Assembly (NCBI GenBank): GCA_052279835.1
Contig: CP181291.1
Coordinates: 5,280,001 to 5,344,000, forward strand
Reading direction: 5' to 3'
Source: Microcoleus sp.
GTDB taxonomy: Bacteria; Cyanobacteriota; Cyanobacteriia; Cyanobacteriales; Microcoleaceae
DNA length: 64,000 nucleotides
Shown piece after piece: positions 31,037-41,450 of this stretch. The position numbers and the translations under genes were made by a program. How positions within the stretch are numbered: position 1 is the first letter of the stretch; every line of letters begins with the position of its first letter. Below the pieces are notes generated by a model that worked only from the letters and a program-made list of their open reading frames with translations, ran no database searches and was not told the origin of the DNA.

Positions 31037-31726
31037 ATGGTTGTATCTCAATCTTCCAACTACCTAATTACAAGCTCTAACAATTTTGAGGTCAGCGACC
31101 ACCCCAGCAACGTAGTGCCAATGGTACTCGAACAGTCGGGGATGGGCGAGCGAGCCTTTGACATTTACTCGCGCTTGCTGCGGGAGCGCATTGTGTTTTT
31201 AGGAACCCCTGTAACTGACGAAGTGGCAGACTCCATAGTGGCTCAGCTACTGTTTCTAGACGCCGAAGACCCAGAAAAAGACATTCAAATGTACATAAAT
31301 TCCCCCGGTGGTTCGGTGACGGCCGGCATGGCAATTTATGACACAATGCAACAAATCCGCCCCGATGTGGTGACAATTTGTTACGGTTTAGCAGCAAGTA
31401 TGGGTGCATTTCTGTTGACAGCGGGAGCCGCGGGCAAACGGATGTCTCTGCCCAGTTCGAGAATTATGATTCACCAGCCCCTGGGCGGTGCCCAAGGTCA
31501 AGCAGTAGATATTGAGATTCAAGCCAAAGAAATCCTTTATCATAAGCGTAAGCTGAATGAACTGTTAGCGCACCACACAGGTCAACCGCTCGATAAATTA
31601 GAGGCAGATACCGATCGCGACTTTTTCATGTCAGCGGCAGAAGCCAAAGATTACGGATTGGTCGATAAAGTCATAGCTAAGGAAAACCTTCCGGCGGCGG
31701 GAGAGAATGTCACTGCACTGAATTAA
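31037..31726 (+). CDS. clpP: ATP-dependent Clp protease proteolytic subunit
   Basis: [26 protein letters not shown] (Ser), MIHQP (His). Confidence 0.97.
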   Translation: MVVSQSSNYLITSSNNFEVSDHPSNVVPMVLEQSGMGERAFDIYSRLLRERIVFLGTPVTDEVADSIVAQLLFLDAEDPEKDIQMYINSPGGSVTAGMAIYDTMQQIRPDVVTICYGLAASMGAFLLTAGAAGKRMSLPSSRIMIHQPLGGAQGQAVDIEIQAKEILYHKRKLNELLAHHTGQPLDKLEADTDRDFFMSAAEAKDYGLVDKVIAKENLPAAGENVTALN

Positions 31727-31735
31727 GAGGCTGTT

Positions 31736-33082
31736 ATGTCTAAATACGACTCCCATCTAAAATGTTCCTTTTGTGGCAAGTCTCAAGAGCAGGTACGCAA
31801 GTTGATCGCAGGCCCAGCAGTATATATCTGCGATGAATGTGTTGACTTGTGCAATGAAATTTTAGATGAGGAGTTGTTTGACTCCACTGCCGTGCCGGCC
31901 GCGACGGCAGTACCTCCAAAGCCGGAAACCAGCCAAAAGCGTCGCACTACTTCCGGCAAAAGCCTGTCTCTGAGCCAAATTCCCAAGCCTAGGGAAATTA
32001 AAAATTACCTCGATGAAAATGTGATCGGCCAAGATGAGGCGAAAAAGGTGTTGTCGGTGGCAGTTTATAACCACTACAAGCGCCTCAGTTTTATTCATAG
32101 CAAAAATAGTGGCAAGCACCCACCGGAAGAAGTAGAACTGCAAAAGTCAAATATTCTGTTAATCGGGCCCACGGGCTGTGGCAAAACGCTGCTGGCTCAG
32201 ACTTTGGCAGATATGCTGGATGTACCCTTTGCAGTAGCTGATGCCACGACGCTGACGGAAGCGGGCTACGTTGGGGAAGATGTGGAAAATATTTTGTTGC
32301 GCTTGCTGCAAGTGGCAGATATGGATGTGGAAGAGGCGCAGCGCGGCATCATTTATATTGATGAAATTGACAAAATTGCCCGGAAGAGCGAAAATCCTTC
32401 GATTACGCGGGATGTGTCGGGGGAAGGGGTGCAGCAGGCGCTGTTGAAAATGCTGGAAGGGACGATCGCCAATGTACCACCTCAAGGCGGGCGCAAGCAT
32501 CCCTATCAAGACTGCATCCAAATTGATACCAGCAATATCATGTTTATTTGCGGTGGCGCTTTTGTCGGTTTGGATAAAGTGGTAGAGCAGAGAACGGGCA
32601 AAAAGTCCATGGGTTTTATTCAGCCCGGAGAAGCTGTGCCGAAGGAAAAGCGGGCCGCTGATGTCCTGAAGCAACTGGAACCGGATGATTTAGTGAAATT
32701 TGGGATGATTCCTGAGTTTATTGGCAGGGTACCGGTGGCGGCGGTTGTCGATCCTTTGGATGAGGAGACGCTGATGGCGATTTTGACGGAACCGCGCAAT
32801 GCTTTGGTTAAGCAGTATCAAAAGCTGCTAAAGATGGATAATGTACAGTTGGAGTTTAAGGCGGATGCTGTGCGGGCGATCGCCCAGGAAGCATACCGAC
32901 GCAAAACTGGGGCGCGGGCACTCAGAGGAATTGTGGAAGAGTTGATGTTGGATGTGATGTATGAATTGCCGTCGCGCAAGGATGTGACGCGCTGTATGAT
33001 TACTAAGGAAATGGTGGAGAAGCGATCGACTGCTGAGTTGTTGATACTTCCCTCTTCGCTACCTAAGCCGGAGTCGGCTTAA
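31736..33082 (+). CDS. clpX: ATP-dependent Clp protease ATP-binding subunit
   Basis: C4 zinc finger [39 protein letters not shown]. Confidence 0.98.
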   Translation: MSKYDSHLKCSFCGKSQEQVRKLIAGPAVYICDECVDLCNEILDEELFDSTAVPAATAVPPKPETSQKRRTTSGKSLSLSQIPKPREIKNYLDENVIGQDEAKKVLSVAVYNHYKRLSFIHSKNSGKHPPEEVELQKSNILLIGPTGCGKTLLAQTLADMLDVPFAVADATTLTEAGYVGEDVENILLRLLQVADMDVEEAQRGIIYIDEIDKIARKSENPSITRDVSGEGVQQALLKMLEGTIANVPPQGGRKHPYQDCIQIDTSNIMFICGGAFVGLDKVVEQRTGKKSMGFIQPGEAVPKEKRAADVLKQLEPDDLVKFGMIPEFIGRVPVAAVVDPLDEETLMAILTEPRNALVKQYQKLLKMDNVQLEFKADAVRAIAQEAYRRKTGARALRGIVEELMLDVMYELPSRKDVTRCMITKEMVEKRSTAELLILPSSLPKPESA

Positions 33083-33111
33083 TAACAAGAATTTTCAGCA
33101 CAGCCACACCG

Positions 33112-33876
33112 ATGAACTCTCGCATTCAATCATACCTGCGGTTTGCCGCCAGCCAGCAGCGCGACACCGAGCAGATTGGGCCATTTCTTGCTACCTTCAG
33201 CAGCCATAGTGCTAACCCTTATCTGAACTATGCGATTCCTGACGAGGGGGCAACTCCCTCCGTCGCCCATGTCAACGGGCTGATTGCTGCGTACTCTGGG
33301 CGCGGGCGAAAGCCACGTTTGGAATATGTTGCAAAATTAGCGCCTGCTGTAGAAGATGCGCTGATATCAGCCGGTTTCACCATTGAGGGGCGTTTACCAC
33401 TGATGATTTGCACTCCGGGCTCGGAGAAATTGCTGCCGGTTCCCCCGGAGATAGAACTAATTTTACCTGTTTCCGAAGCCGAGATGTTCGCGACTGTGGC
33501 GGCGCAAAACGAGGCTTATGGAGAGGGTGCGCCAAGCCCTGAAGACGTTGACAGTCTGCGGAAAACTCTTGCAGCAGGTGGCATTGCGATACTTGCTCGT
33601 GTAGCAGCAACGGGTGAACCTGCGGGGGCTGGAATCTGTACCACGCCGGCAAATCAGACGACGGAAATCGCTGGTATCGGTGTCCGCGTCCCTTTTCGTC
33701 GGCGGGGAATAGCGGGGGCTTTGACAGCGCGGTTGGTGCGAGAGGCTTTTGATGCCGGTGTGGCGGTGGCTTTTTTGATGACGCTACATGAGCAGGAATT
33801 TAGAGTTTACACCCGCGCTGGATTTTGTGCGATCGGCGAAATCTTGCACATTTCACACGCCCAACAAGAAACTTGA
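33112..33876 (+). CDS. GNAT-family N-acetyltransferase
   Basis: FRRRGIAGAL acetyl-CoA motif; VYTRAGF. Confidence 0.85.
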   Translation: MNSRIQSYLRFAASQQRDTEQIGPFLATFSSHSANPYLNYAIPDEGATPSVAHVNGLIAAYSGRGRKPRLEYVAKLAPAVEDALISAGFTIEGRLPLMICTPGSEKLLPVPPEIELILPVSEAEMFATVAAQNEAYGEGAPSPEDVDSLRKTLAAGGIAILARVAATGEPAGAGICTTPANQTTEIAGIGVRVPFRRRGIAGALTARLVREAFDAGVAVAFLMTLHEQEFRVYTRAGFCAIGEILHISHAQQET

Positions 33877-34007
33877 TATCAATTCCGGTTGTATCGGAAT
33901 GATTTAACCGCGAAGGCGCGTTCGGCGAAGCCGTTCCCGTAGGGTAGGGACGCGAAGGAAGAGAAGAGAGAGTTTAATACAGGACGATGAAGATAGGAAT
34001 TGATATC
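33875..34007 (+). mobile_element. Family-T MITE-like element (best-preserved copy)
   Basis: Terminal inverted repeats GATATCAATTCC...GGAATTGATATC; left end overlaps the GNAT stop codon. Confidence 0.8.
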
Positions 34008-34029
34008 ATGCCCAATCCCCCATTCCCAA

Positions 34030-36060
34030 CTACCAATCGATGAAATCATCCTCATCTAACTTAGAAGACACCTCAGTCAAATCCGGTTCAGATTCCCATC
34101 TAAAAGTTTCCGACTCCCAAACCTCCAAGCCATCCGAGAAATCCACTACTTCCCCATCAAACATCTGAGCCCACACCCCAGCAGAATTGACTACATCTTG
34201 GGCATCTGCCCGCACCGCCACAGCTTGAGCATTTAAATCATTCCCAGAGGCGATCGACCCCTTAGTCTGCCCCCCCCCCACTGGTTCCGAAGCATTTGAC
34301 AGCTTGGAGCTAGTATTTTCAGGGGCTGGCGAGTGTTTTTGTGCTTCTTCCCTATTCCTGGAAAAATCCTCTGAAATTTCCGGTTTTTGTACCTGTTGAT
34401 TCCCATCATCCACCGGAGTATAATTCCGAGAATTTCCCCCCATACCTCCATTAGAATTTGGCAAATTCTTGGGTTCTAAACCATTAGTTTCAGGGGAATT
34501 TTTTAAGCCCAATTGCACCGTGACTCGACGGTTAAAAATTTGCAAAAAAGCTTCTTCAATATTAGCTACTTTGTCTTTAACCATCTTGAGCAACTGTGGC
34601 GAATTAATTTTAATAACCGCCGCATCATTGCTAAAACTCACCAGATGTCCGTGTTGGCGAAGCAAAGATTGAGTACCGTGGGGGCGCACGCGAGTCAGTA
34701 CCTGTTCCCACACTTGATTTAGATCGATTTCGCTAGCGGAATTAGGTGGTGCATAATTTGTGGCCTCAGCAGTCGGTATAGATTCTCTAATCGGTGCGGT
34801 GAATGTGTTTTCTGTGGGATTAGCCATAGGTGGCGGAGTCGTCGCAGGAGGTTGCACATTCGGAATTGCAGATTCTGCAATATGAGATATCTGACTCCCC
34901 CCCTTAGCAAGGGGGGGTTGGGGGGGGTGAATTTGTGCTGGTTGATTTACTGGTTGTGGCTGAGTTCTAATGGCTGAAGGTAATAATCCCAATAATGTTA
35001 CTTCCAGCCACAAACGCGGCTGAGTGGTGTTTTTAATTTGTACTTCATGGGTTTGCAAGTGTTTCTGACACGCTAAAATTAATTCTGCCTCCCAATGAGT
35101 CGCAAATTTTACAAGTTTATCCCAAGTTGCTGAGGTTAAAGCTACTAAATCTGAGCGTGTTGGTGCTGCTTTTGCTATCAGCAAATCTCGGTAAAAACTG
35201 GCTAGATTCTGAAGAACTATCAGCGGTTCTCGACCGCGATTCATTAGATGACGGGTCATGTCTACTAAGGCTGTGGCATCGTCTTTGTCAATAGCTTCTA
35301 GCAGTTCCATTAAGTCGTTTTCTGGGACTGCACCGACTAAATCCCAAACTTTTTCGACGGTGACTTCACCGGGAAATAAACTGAGTTGGTCTAGCAGACT
35401 TTCGGCATCTCGCAGTCCTCCTTGGGCGAGTTGAGCGACCATATATACTGCGTCGCTGGCTATGTTGATATTTTCTAATTTGGCAATTTTATGCAAGTGG
35501 GCGGTCATTGCATCGAGGGCTATGCGCCGAAAGTCGAATCTTTGACAGCGGGAAATAATTGTTGGTAAGACTCTTTGAGGGTCTGTGGTTGCGAGGACGA
35601 ATACTACGTTGTCTGGTGGTTCTTCTAGGGTTTTTAATAAGGCGTTAAATGCCTGGTTACTGAGCATATGAACTTCGTCAATTACATATACTTTATAGCG
35701 GCATTGCACTGGGGCAAATTGAGCGCGTTCGATCAAATCCCGGATGTTATCGACTCCTGTGTTGCTGGCGGCATCAATTTCGATTACGTCTAGTGTGGAA
35801 CCTCTGGCTATTTCTTGGCAAACGTTGCATTTGCCGCATGGTGTGGGGGTTGGGGCACCCGTAGAAATACAGTTGAGGGATTTGGCAAAAATTCGAGCAC
35901 TAGAGGTTTTACCGGTGCCTCTGGGGCCTGTGAATAGATATGCTGGTGCTATGCGATTTTGCAGGATGGCGCTGGTGAGGGTTTGGGCGATCGCCTCTTG
36001 GCCTACTAATTCGGCAAAAGTCTGGGGGCGATATTTGTGGTGGAGGGGTTCGTAGGTCAC
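34030..36060 (-). CDS. dnaX: DNA polymerase III subunit gamma/tau
   Basis: KYRPQTF, GPRGTGKT, EIDAASN, IDEVHML, NALLKTLEEPP, SRCQ. Confidence 0.96.
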   Translation of the reverse strand: MTYEPLHHKYRPQTFAELVGQEAIAQTLTSAILQNRIAPAYLFTGPRGTGKTSSARIFAKSLNCISTGAPTPTPCGKCNVCQEIARGSTLDVIEIDAASNTGVDNIRDLIERAQFAPVQCRYKVYVIDEVHMLSNQAFNALLKTLEEPPDNVVFVLATTDPQRVLPTIISRCQRFDFRRIALDAMTAHLHKIAKLENINIASDAVYMVAQLAQGGLRDAESLLDQLSLFPGEVTVEKVWDLVGAVPENDLMELLEAIDKDDATALVDMTRHLMNRGREPLIVLQNLASFYRDLLIAKAAPTRSDLVALTSATWDKLVKFATHWEAELILACQKHLQTHEVQIKNTTQPRLWLEVTLLGLLPSAIRTQPQPVNQPAQIHPPQPPLAKGGSQISHIAESAIPNVQPPATTPPPMANPTENTFTAPIRESIPTAEATNYAPPNSASEIDLNQVWEQVLTRVRPHGTQSLLRQHGHLVSFSNDAAVIKINSPQLLKMVKDKVANIEEAFLQIFNRRVTVQLGLKNSPETNGLEPKNLPNSNGGMGGNSRNYTPVDDGNQQVQKPEISEDFSRNREEAQKHSPAPENTSSKLSNASEPVGGGQTKGSIASGNDLNAQAVAVRADAQDVVNSAGVWAQMFDGEVVDFSDGLEVWESETFRWESEPDLTEVSSKLDEDDFIDW
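34895..34927 (-). repeat. Family-P palindromic repeat in-frame in the dnaX linker
   Basis: CTCCCCCCCTTAGCAAGGGGGGGTTGGGGGGGG; encodes PPQPPLAKGGS. Confidence 0.75.
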
Positions 36061-36587
36061 GATCGAATATGGGTGTTATGTTAACTAAGGAGATGTGGTT
36101 CGATCGCACCATAGCTCAACTTTCAAAGCAAGTTCTCTGGAGGCGAACTGAGTGGAACGAAGAACTCGTAGCAATTAGTACCTAAGTCTTTTGGGCGCTA
36201 CGATCGTCCGGGCGATCGATTGTGCTCCTCAAAATTTTTTAGGAGCGATCGGAGAATTACTATTAATCTATGTAAATTCACTGATGTTTTCGAGAAACAG
36301 CTCTGCTGAAAAAACATTTTTTCTGCGGGTATTGGTATAATATATCACACATTATTTACCATCGCTTTTTGCCAGTACAAGGGTGCAATTTTCCGAGATT
36401 TCGCGAACCTGCTTGCAGTTAAAGATAAAGTATTAATTAGAGGGTGCCCGTTCGAGTTGTAGAAATCCAATTGTAGAAAGATTGTGGTAGAAAGAAGTCA
36501 AGGTGGCTCGAACCAGCGAGTTGCAATGTCATCTCCACTCAGGGGCATTCTATAAATATAGCGTCAAATTTTACCCTTTAAAAGCCC

Positions 36588-37484
36588 ATGTCAACCAAAA
36601 TAATCCTTGTAGAACCAAGGTTGGCAGTAGCCTCTCCCAAGCCCAAACAGGCTAAGCCAGGAGGTTTACCCTCGGATCAAATCTTGATGGGAGCATCGGG
36701 ATTACTGTTGTTATTACTTGTCGGTTTAGCGGTGTTTAGCAAAATCAAACTGGATGGTTTGAGCAAGAAGCTCACTTTTGAGGAATTCAGAAATCGAGAA
36801 CTCCAGAAAAAATATAAAATGGCTCTGGAAACGATGTCAAAAATGGAAAAAAATCCCGACCTCATCCACTCACGAGACTTTAATTTAGACTACCTGAGAA
36901 TGCGGATGGCGGAAGAAGTTTTTCACTTTGCCATTGTGAATCAAATTAAGGTAAAAGTCAAAGAAAAAATTAGTATTGCCCTGCGTCCAACTCAGGGTAG
37001 TGTAGGAGATAAAAGTGGGAATGCTGGCAGTGGCAGACAAGTAGATTCGATGTTTGATATCGAATACGAAACTGGCGATCCGGCGGTAAAAATCGAAAAG
37101 CGAGTGCTGTTTCGGATTCAAATTAAGTTGATGAAACTCCCGACTCAGGCAACATCGGCGACAATTAATCAAATTATTGACTGTTTGGAAACTTACCTAA
37201 GTCCTTCCGACGACCACGACAGTTGGCAGCCGACAATTCAAGGTCGCATCGTTCACATTGAATGGGACCAAAAGGCGAAACCGACGCCGATGTTGGTGCT
37301 GGAACAGTCGAATGAAGGAGTGAATGTCACTTTCAGAACTACTAGAGCTGCCGCTGGCAGACCTGCAAATGCCAATGACAGTCAGTTAGCCGGTGCTAAG
37401 GGTGCAAAAGGTAAGAGTGCAAGTAAAAGTGCATCCAAGAGTTCTACAAAAACAGGTACTAAGCGTCCGACTTCCCGCAAGTAA
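36588..37484 (+). CDS. Hypothetical membrane-anchored protein
   Basis: 298-aa ORF with one N-terminal hydrophobic helix, coiled-coil-like segment and basic tail. Confidence 0.75.
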   Translation: MSTKIILVEPRLAVASPKPKQAKPGGLPSDQILMGASGLLLLLLVGLAVFSKIKLDGLSKKLTFEEFRNRELQKKYKMALETMSKMEKNPDLIHSRDFNLDYLRMRMAEEVFHFAIVNQIKVKVKEKISIALRPTQGSVGDKSGNAGSGRQVDSMFDIEYETGDPAVKIEKRVLFRIQIKLMKLPTQATSATINQIIDCLETYLSPSDDHDSWQPTIQGRIVHIEWDQKAKPTPMLVLEQSNEGVNVTFRTTRAAAGRPANANDSQLAGAKGAKGKSASKSASKSSTKTGTKRPTSRK

Positions 37485-37501
37485 TTGTCAACATATTTTA
37501 G

Positions 37502-38239
37502 CTATTTAGGGAAATCAAAAAGCACCTCGGTCATGTAATGTTCTGCCCAATCTTGACCGAAAGCTTTTTCCAATACGCGACGGGTTTTGTCGTTTTGTTG
37601 CTGCTGGGTGCAGTAGTAAATTTGAGCATCGAGAATTTTTGATGCTTCGGCGACAGAAACTGGTTCTGAGGCTACTGCCAGTTTGCAGTGAATTTCCATG
37701 TAGGATTCAACTATGTCCAGAAATCGACTTTCTTCTTCTGGGGAATCTGGGCGCACAAATAGGCAAAATTCTGAAAAAATATCGCCCCATTCGGGAATTT
37801 GGCGGGGACAGGAAAACTGGTTGACGGGCAGAGTTTGCAGTGGAGTGCGGTAGGTTTCGGACAAAGTGCGATCGGCATTGAGGGGAGAAAGGTCGGCGAT
37901 CGCAGCGCTAATTTGGCCTTTACCTGCTACGATGTCCGTACCGAACATGGGCAAAGCGTAATTCGGTCTGGGAAACATCACGCAGTGCAGGATATCCAGC
38001 AAGGGACCGACTTTGGCGAGTTCTAGGTGTATTTTACGGAATTGGGGAGTTTGATAGCAGCGGTTTTCGATGATCAGTTTTTCTCCTTCCAAACGCCCTT
38101 CCACATATCCCAACTCAGCAGGCAGGTGGTAGGGTTCCAGGTCGAGGTACCGACGCCATACTGATTCTATCCGATCGGCTAGTTCGCGGATGAGGTAGTG
38201 TTGTTGGTCTCGTAGAGAAGGCTTGGATATTTCTAACAT
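37502..38239 (-). CDS. pcyA: Phycocyanobilin:ferredoxin oxidoreductase
   Basis: FRKIHLELA, LDILHCVMFP, SAAIADLSP, WGDIFS, QQQNDKTRRVLEKAFG. Confidence 0.96.
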   Translation of the reverse strand: MLEISKPSLRDQQHYLIRELADRIESVWRRYLDLEPYHLPAELGYVEGRLEGEKLIIENRCYQTPQFRKIHLELAKVGPLLDILHCVMFPRPNYALPMFGTDIVAGKGQISAAIADLSPLNADRTLSETYRTPLQTLPVNQFSCPRQIPEWGDIFSEFCLFVRPDSPEEESRFLDIVESYMEIHCKLAVASEPVSVAEASKILDAQIYYCTQQQQNDKTRRVLEKAFGQDWAEHYMTEVLFDFPK

Positions 38240-38371
38240 TCTGATTTATGGGGCGATCGGCTTAACAAAACTTTATTCAACTGTTGCAGGATGCAGGAAC
38301 AAAGGTAGATACTTTTAAGGATATCAGTAAGATCGACGAGCGAGCGAGCAAGTTTTACAGGAGATGAATCT

Positions 38372-38581
38372 ATGTTTGGTCTAGGATTGCCCGAAATGGG
38401 CATTATTGCGGTAGTAGCTATTCTAATTTTCGGTCCCAAGAAAATTCCTGAGTTGGGAAATGCTTTGGGAAAAACCTTGCGGAGTTTTAAGGAAGGGGTG
38501 AGTCAAGCTGAGGATGAATCTCCCGTCAAGGAGAAGGAGAAGGAAAAAGAGGAAGAGGAACAGAGTCAACCGAAAGTGTAA
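38372..38581 (+). CDS. tatA: Twin-arginine translocase subunit TatA/E
   Basis: MFGLGLPE...IFGPKKIPELG.ALGKTLRSFK. Confidence 0.93.
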   Translation: MFGLGLPEMGIIAVVAILIFGPKKIPELGNALGKTLRSFKEGVSQAEDESPVKEKEKEKEEEEQSQPKV

Positions 38582-38885
38582 ATTAGTGTGGTAGTGAAGA
38601 TTTTAGTTCTGATATTTAAGGACTAGAGTTCTGGCTGCGTACCTCTGGGGGAAATTTGTACTGATGTTTCAAGACAAATTCCACCAGAGACTGGATTTGT
38701 TAGTTGTGGGATACCCACGGGAACCCGCTTCTTAATCAAGCCCCCCCATTACCAAATTAACTCTTGGTGAAACTGGTCGAAGAGTCCGTTGCTAATAAGG
38801 ATACAAATCGCCACAATAAAAAGTGCTACAATATCCAATTAAAATCCTAAAACAGTCCTATAAACTGAGAAAATAGTCACATAAT

Positions 38886-39260
38886 ATGGTCGTTATTACC
38901 TCCCAAGAAATTGCCTTATTTCGCTCAGAATTAGCAGCATATTTCCAAGCATTGAAGGCCCTAGATGAAATCGAAGATTGCGAGGGAAATATCGAAGATG
39001 CAGCGATATCTCTGGCAATTCAAGCCGGACAAGAACCGAATATTTCGGAAAATTGGCTAGACGGATTAGCTAAAAGATGCCGCGTTGCTATCTGCAAATC
39101 AGAGATTAAAGAAGAGTTGATAAATGGACGTTTGAATGCAGCCTTCGGAGATTTGTTGGCTGCGAAAGTTTGCCCGGATATTTTGATAACTGCGGTGATT
39201 ATTTATGTGTTTAAAACAGGGGTGAATGAGTTTTGTGAGCCTCTTGATTATAAACTTTAA
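38886..39260 (+). CDS. Conserved hypothetical protein
   Basis: 124-aa ORF with plausible composition (AL.ALDEIEDCEGNIEDAA). Confidence 0.7.
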   Translation: MVVITSQEIALFRSELAAYFQALKALDEIEDCEGNIEDAAISLAIQAGQEPNISENWLDGLAKRCRVAICKSEIKEELINGRLNAAFGDLLAAKVCPDILITAVIIYVFKTGVNEFCEPLDYKL

Positions 39261-39269
39261 AGCTATATT

Positions 39270-39556
39270 AGTGGGTGGCGAGAAACCGGGTTTTTACCAA
39301 CCTACTTCGTTACACCACACAAAAATCACAAAAAACCCGGTTTCTGAGATTTCCGGTTTCTGAGATTCTGTGGGTGGCGAGAAACCGGGTTTTTACCAAC
39401 CTACTTTGTCATATTGTTTCTGGTTACATCGGAATGATTTAACCGCAGAGAACACAGAGGACACAGAGGGAGAGAATAGAGTTCTGAATAATTCAGATGA
39501 AGAGACGATTTGATATCACACCACCCAAAAATCACCAAAAACCGGGTTTCTTAGGT
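39270..39556 (+). repeat. Two tandem family-K repeats, the second interrupted by a family-T element (39411-39517)
   Basis: GTGGGTGGCGAGAAACCGGGTTTTTACCAACCTACTT occurs twice; the second copy resumes (ACACCACCCAAAAATCAC) after a ~107-bp insert ending TTTGATATC. Confidence 0.8.
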
Positions 39557-39601
39557 TCTGCGGTTTTTGAGTCCATGAGTAGTTAAACGAGAATATATAA
39601 A

Positions 39602-40834
39602 ATGCAGATAGGCATATTTTTAGGAAATCTCGGAAATCCCCTAATCTATTATCCCAAGTTAGCGAAGATTACTGGCGGTGTCTCGGCTAGTATTTTGCTA
39701 TGTCAATTATTTCAATGGCAATCTCAACTAAAAAAATCAGAATGGCTAACAACTAATTGCGATGAGATTGAAGCAGTCACTGGGTTAAATTGCGAAGAAC
39801 AAGAATTAGCCATAAATCAACTCAAAAGTCGTTCGCTCCTCAAAGCAAAATCAATTAATTACCACATATATGCCTGGGAACTCTGGGCTGATATTGATGC
39901 TTTCGAGGAAATACTTAATAATTACTTCACCGGAAATTCTGATAATAGTATAACACAAAGTCTGCCAAAAAGTCTCAATTATCCTGTAGAAATAGTGGCG
40001 GATAATTCTCCATCTAGTCCTAGCATTAAAACAGACAAATTCTTCGGTCAGCCCCGTAAACCAATAGCCGTTGCTGTCACCCCAAATTATCAATTTAGCG
40101 GCCCTTGGAACTCCCAAGAACAACTCCACACTTTTCAACGAGCTTTAGAAGCCTATGCTAGAGAATGCAACTTGGGTTTTGGCAATCCTTCGGGCTGGGC
40201 TTTCAAAATTATTGACAGTATCACTAAGGGCTTGACTTCGACTTTTTGGGATGAATTTATCGCCGGCATTCCTTTAGGAGAAAGTCAGAAGGTGAAGCGA
40301 GATTGGGAAATAGCGCCAGAAGTGCCTTATCCTGCCTTTGAAGAGGAGCGAATTCAGTATTATGTTCACAAAGGTGAACCGCTGGAAGCAGCAGTTTCTA
40401 GGGCTCGCAGTGACTTGAGAAATCCGGTTTTGGGTAAGGATTTGTGGGAGGGTTTTTTGCGAAAGTGCGATCGCCTTGCGGATGATGCCCTCAAAGCAAA
40501 AAATCTAGGAGTACAGACACCCTATATGCCACCTTCCTTTACAGAAAAACCTCAATTTACAAAAGAAAGTGTCATGAAGAAACTGGAAGCGATCGCACCT
40601 CAAATTTCCCTCACACCATCGACTGCTAAAACCCTTTCCCTTGGAACTTTAGAACAGCAGGAAAGTAAGGAAAAAGAGTCAGATTCAGTTGTTGAAGCTC
40701 CCAGTATTGAACTTTTGCAGAAAGCTTGCAAAACTCCGATGGGTCGGAGTATGATTGAAAAACAAATCACCGAACATCCAGAATGGGGCTACGAAATAGT
40801 TGACGGTGAGATCGTAGAATCAATTCCTTTTTAG
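39602..40834 (+). CDS. Hypothetical protein with N-terminal winged-HTH resembling phage/plasmid replication proteins
   Basis: YYPKLAKITGGVSASILLCQLFQW...EIEAVTGL..EEQELAINQL pattern; long clean ORF. Confidence 0.65.
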   Translation: MQIGIFLGNLGNPLIYYPKLAKITGGVSASILLCQLFQWQSQLKKSEWLTTNCDEIEAVTGLNCEEQELAINQLKSRSLLKAKSINYHIYAWELWADIDAFEEILNNYFTGNSDNSITQSLPKSLNYPVEIVADNSPSSPSIKTDKFFGQPRKPIAVAVTPNYQFSGPWNSQEQLHTFQRALEAYARECNLGFGNPSGWAFKIIDSITKGLTSTFWDEFIAGIPLGESQKVKRDWEIAPEVPYPAFEEERIQYYVHKGEPLEAAVSRARSDLRNPVLGKDLWEGFLRKCDRLADDALKAKNLGVQTPYMPPSFTEKPQFTKESVMKKLEAIAPQISLTPSTAKTLSLGTLEQQESKEKESDSVVEAPSIELLQKACKTPMGRSMIEKQITEHPEWGYEIVDGEIVESIPF

Positions 40835-40843
40835 GAGGCAACC

Positions 40844-41077
40844 ATGCAACGAATTAGCGAAATACATGTATTTGGTTTAGAAAGACCTTCTCTTTCAGAA
40901 GCAGAAAGAAAAAGACTGCGCCGGGAAAGAGGGCAGCAAGAGAAAGAGGAAGGATATCAAAAGTTAGCTGAACTGTGTTATTTAGGTGAATATGACATGG
41001 CAAAGCAACTGGCAAATAAACATTATAATTGGGGATACGAAATTGTTGACTGTATTGTGATGGAGAGGATAGATTAA
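40844..41077 (+). CDS. Small hypothetical protein
   Basis: AGGAGG RBS 5 nt upstream; shares H..WGYEIVD motif with the upstream protein. Confidence 0.75.
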   Translation: MQRISEIHVFGLERPSLSEAERKRLRRERGQQEKEEGYQKLAELCYLGEYDMAKQLANKHYNWGYEIVDCIVMERID

Positions 41078-41104
41078 AATAAATTAAATGGTGAATGTGC
41101 AACT

Positions 41105-41380
41105 TTACTGAAAAAGCTTTAGAAGTTGCCAAAAATCTAATTCGCGGTATTTTATCCAAAATTTAGCGACATTATTTTGTTTGAGTAGCTGGAGAGAGTT
41201 GTCATAGTAATCTCTATTTTCAAGCTCTGTCATAAACATTTCCCAGTTAGCCTCAAAAAAGGGAACTTGTTGAAGTTTCTCTGCTCTAATGATTTCTGCT
41301 TGCTGAATCTCTAAGGCAGTTCCTACTAATTCAGGAAGTTTTAAACTGATAGATAATTCTCGTGCTTCTTTCGGGGTCAT
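41105..41380 (-). CDS. Hypothetical protein
   Basis: 91-aa ORF; LPELVGT..EI..AEIIR..K..A.FWI..R pattern. Confidence 0.6.
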   Translation of the reverse strand: MTPKEARELSISLKLPELVGTALEIQQAEIIRAEKLQQVPFFEANWEMFMTELENRDYYDNSLQLLKQNNVAKFWIKYRELDFWQLLKLFQ

Positions 41381-41450
41381 GGATTTTGCTACTCGAACAC
41401 CGCAATCTCTATGTTAAAATTATAGCTAAAACTTAAATACATATCAAAAT

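Noticed and set aside
35640..35720. Intein in dnaX, as found in some cyanobacteria
   Set aside because: IDEVHML is uninterrupted; no intein motifs or extra length in the ATPase domain
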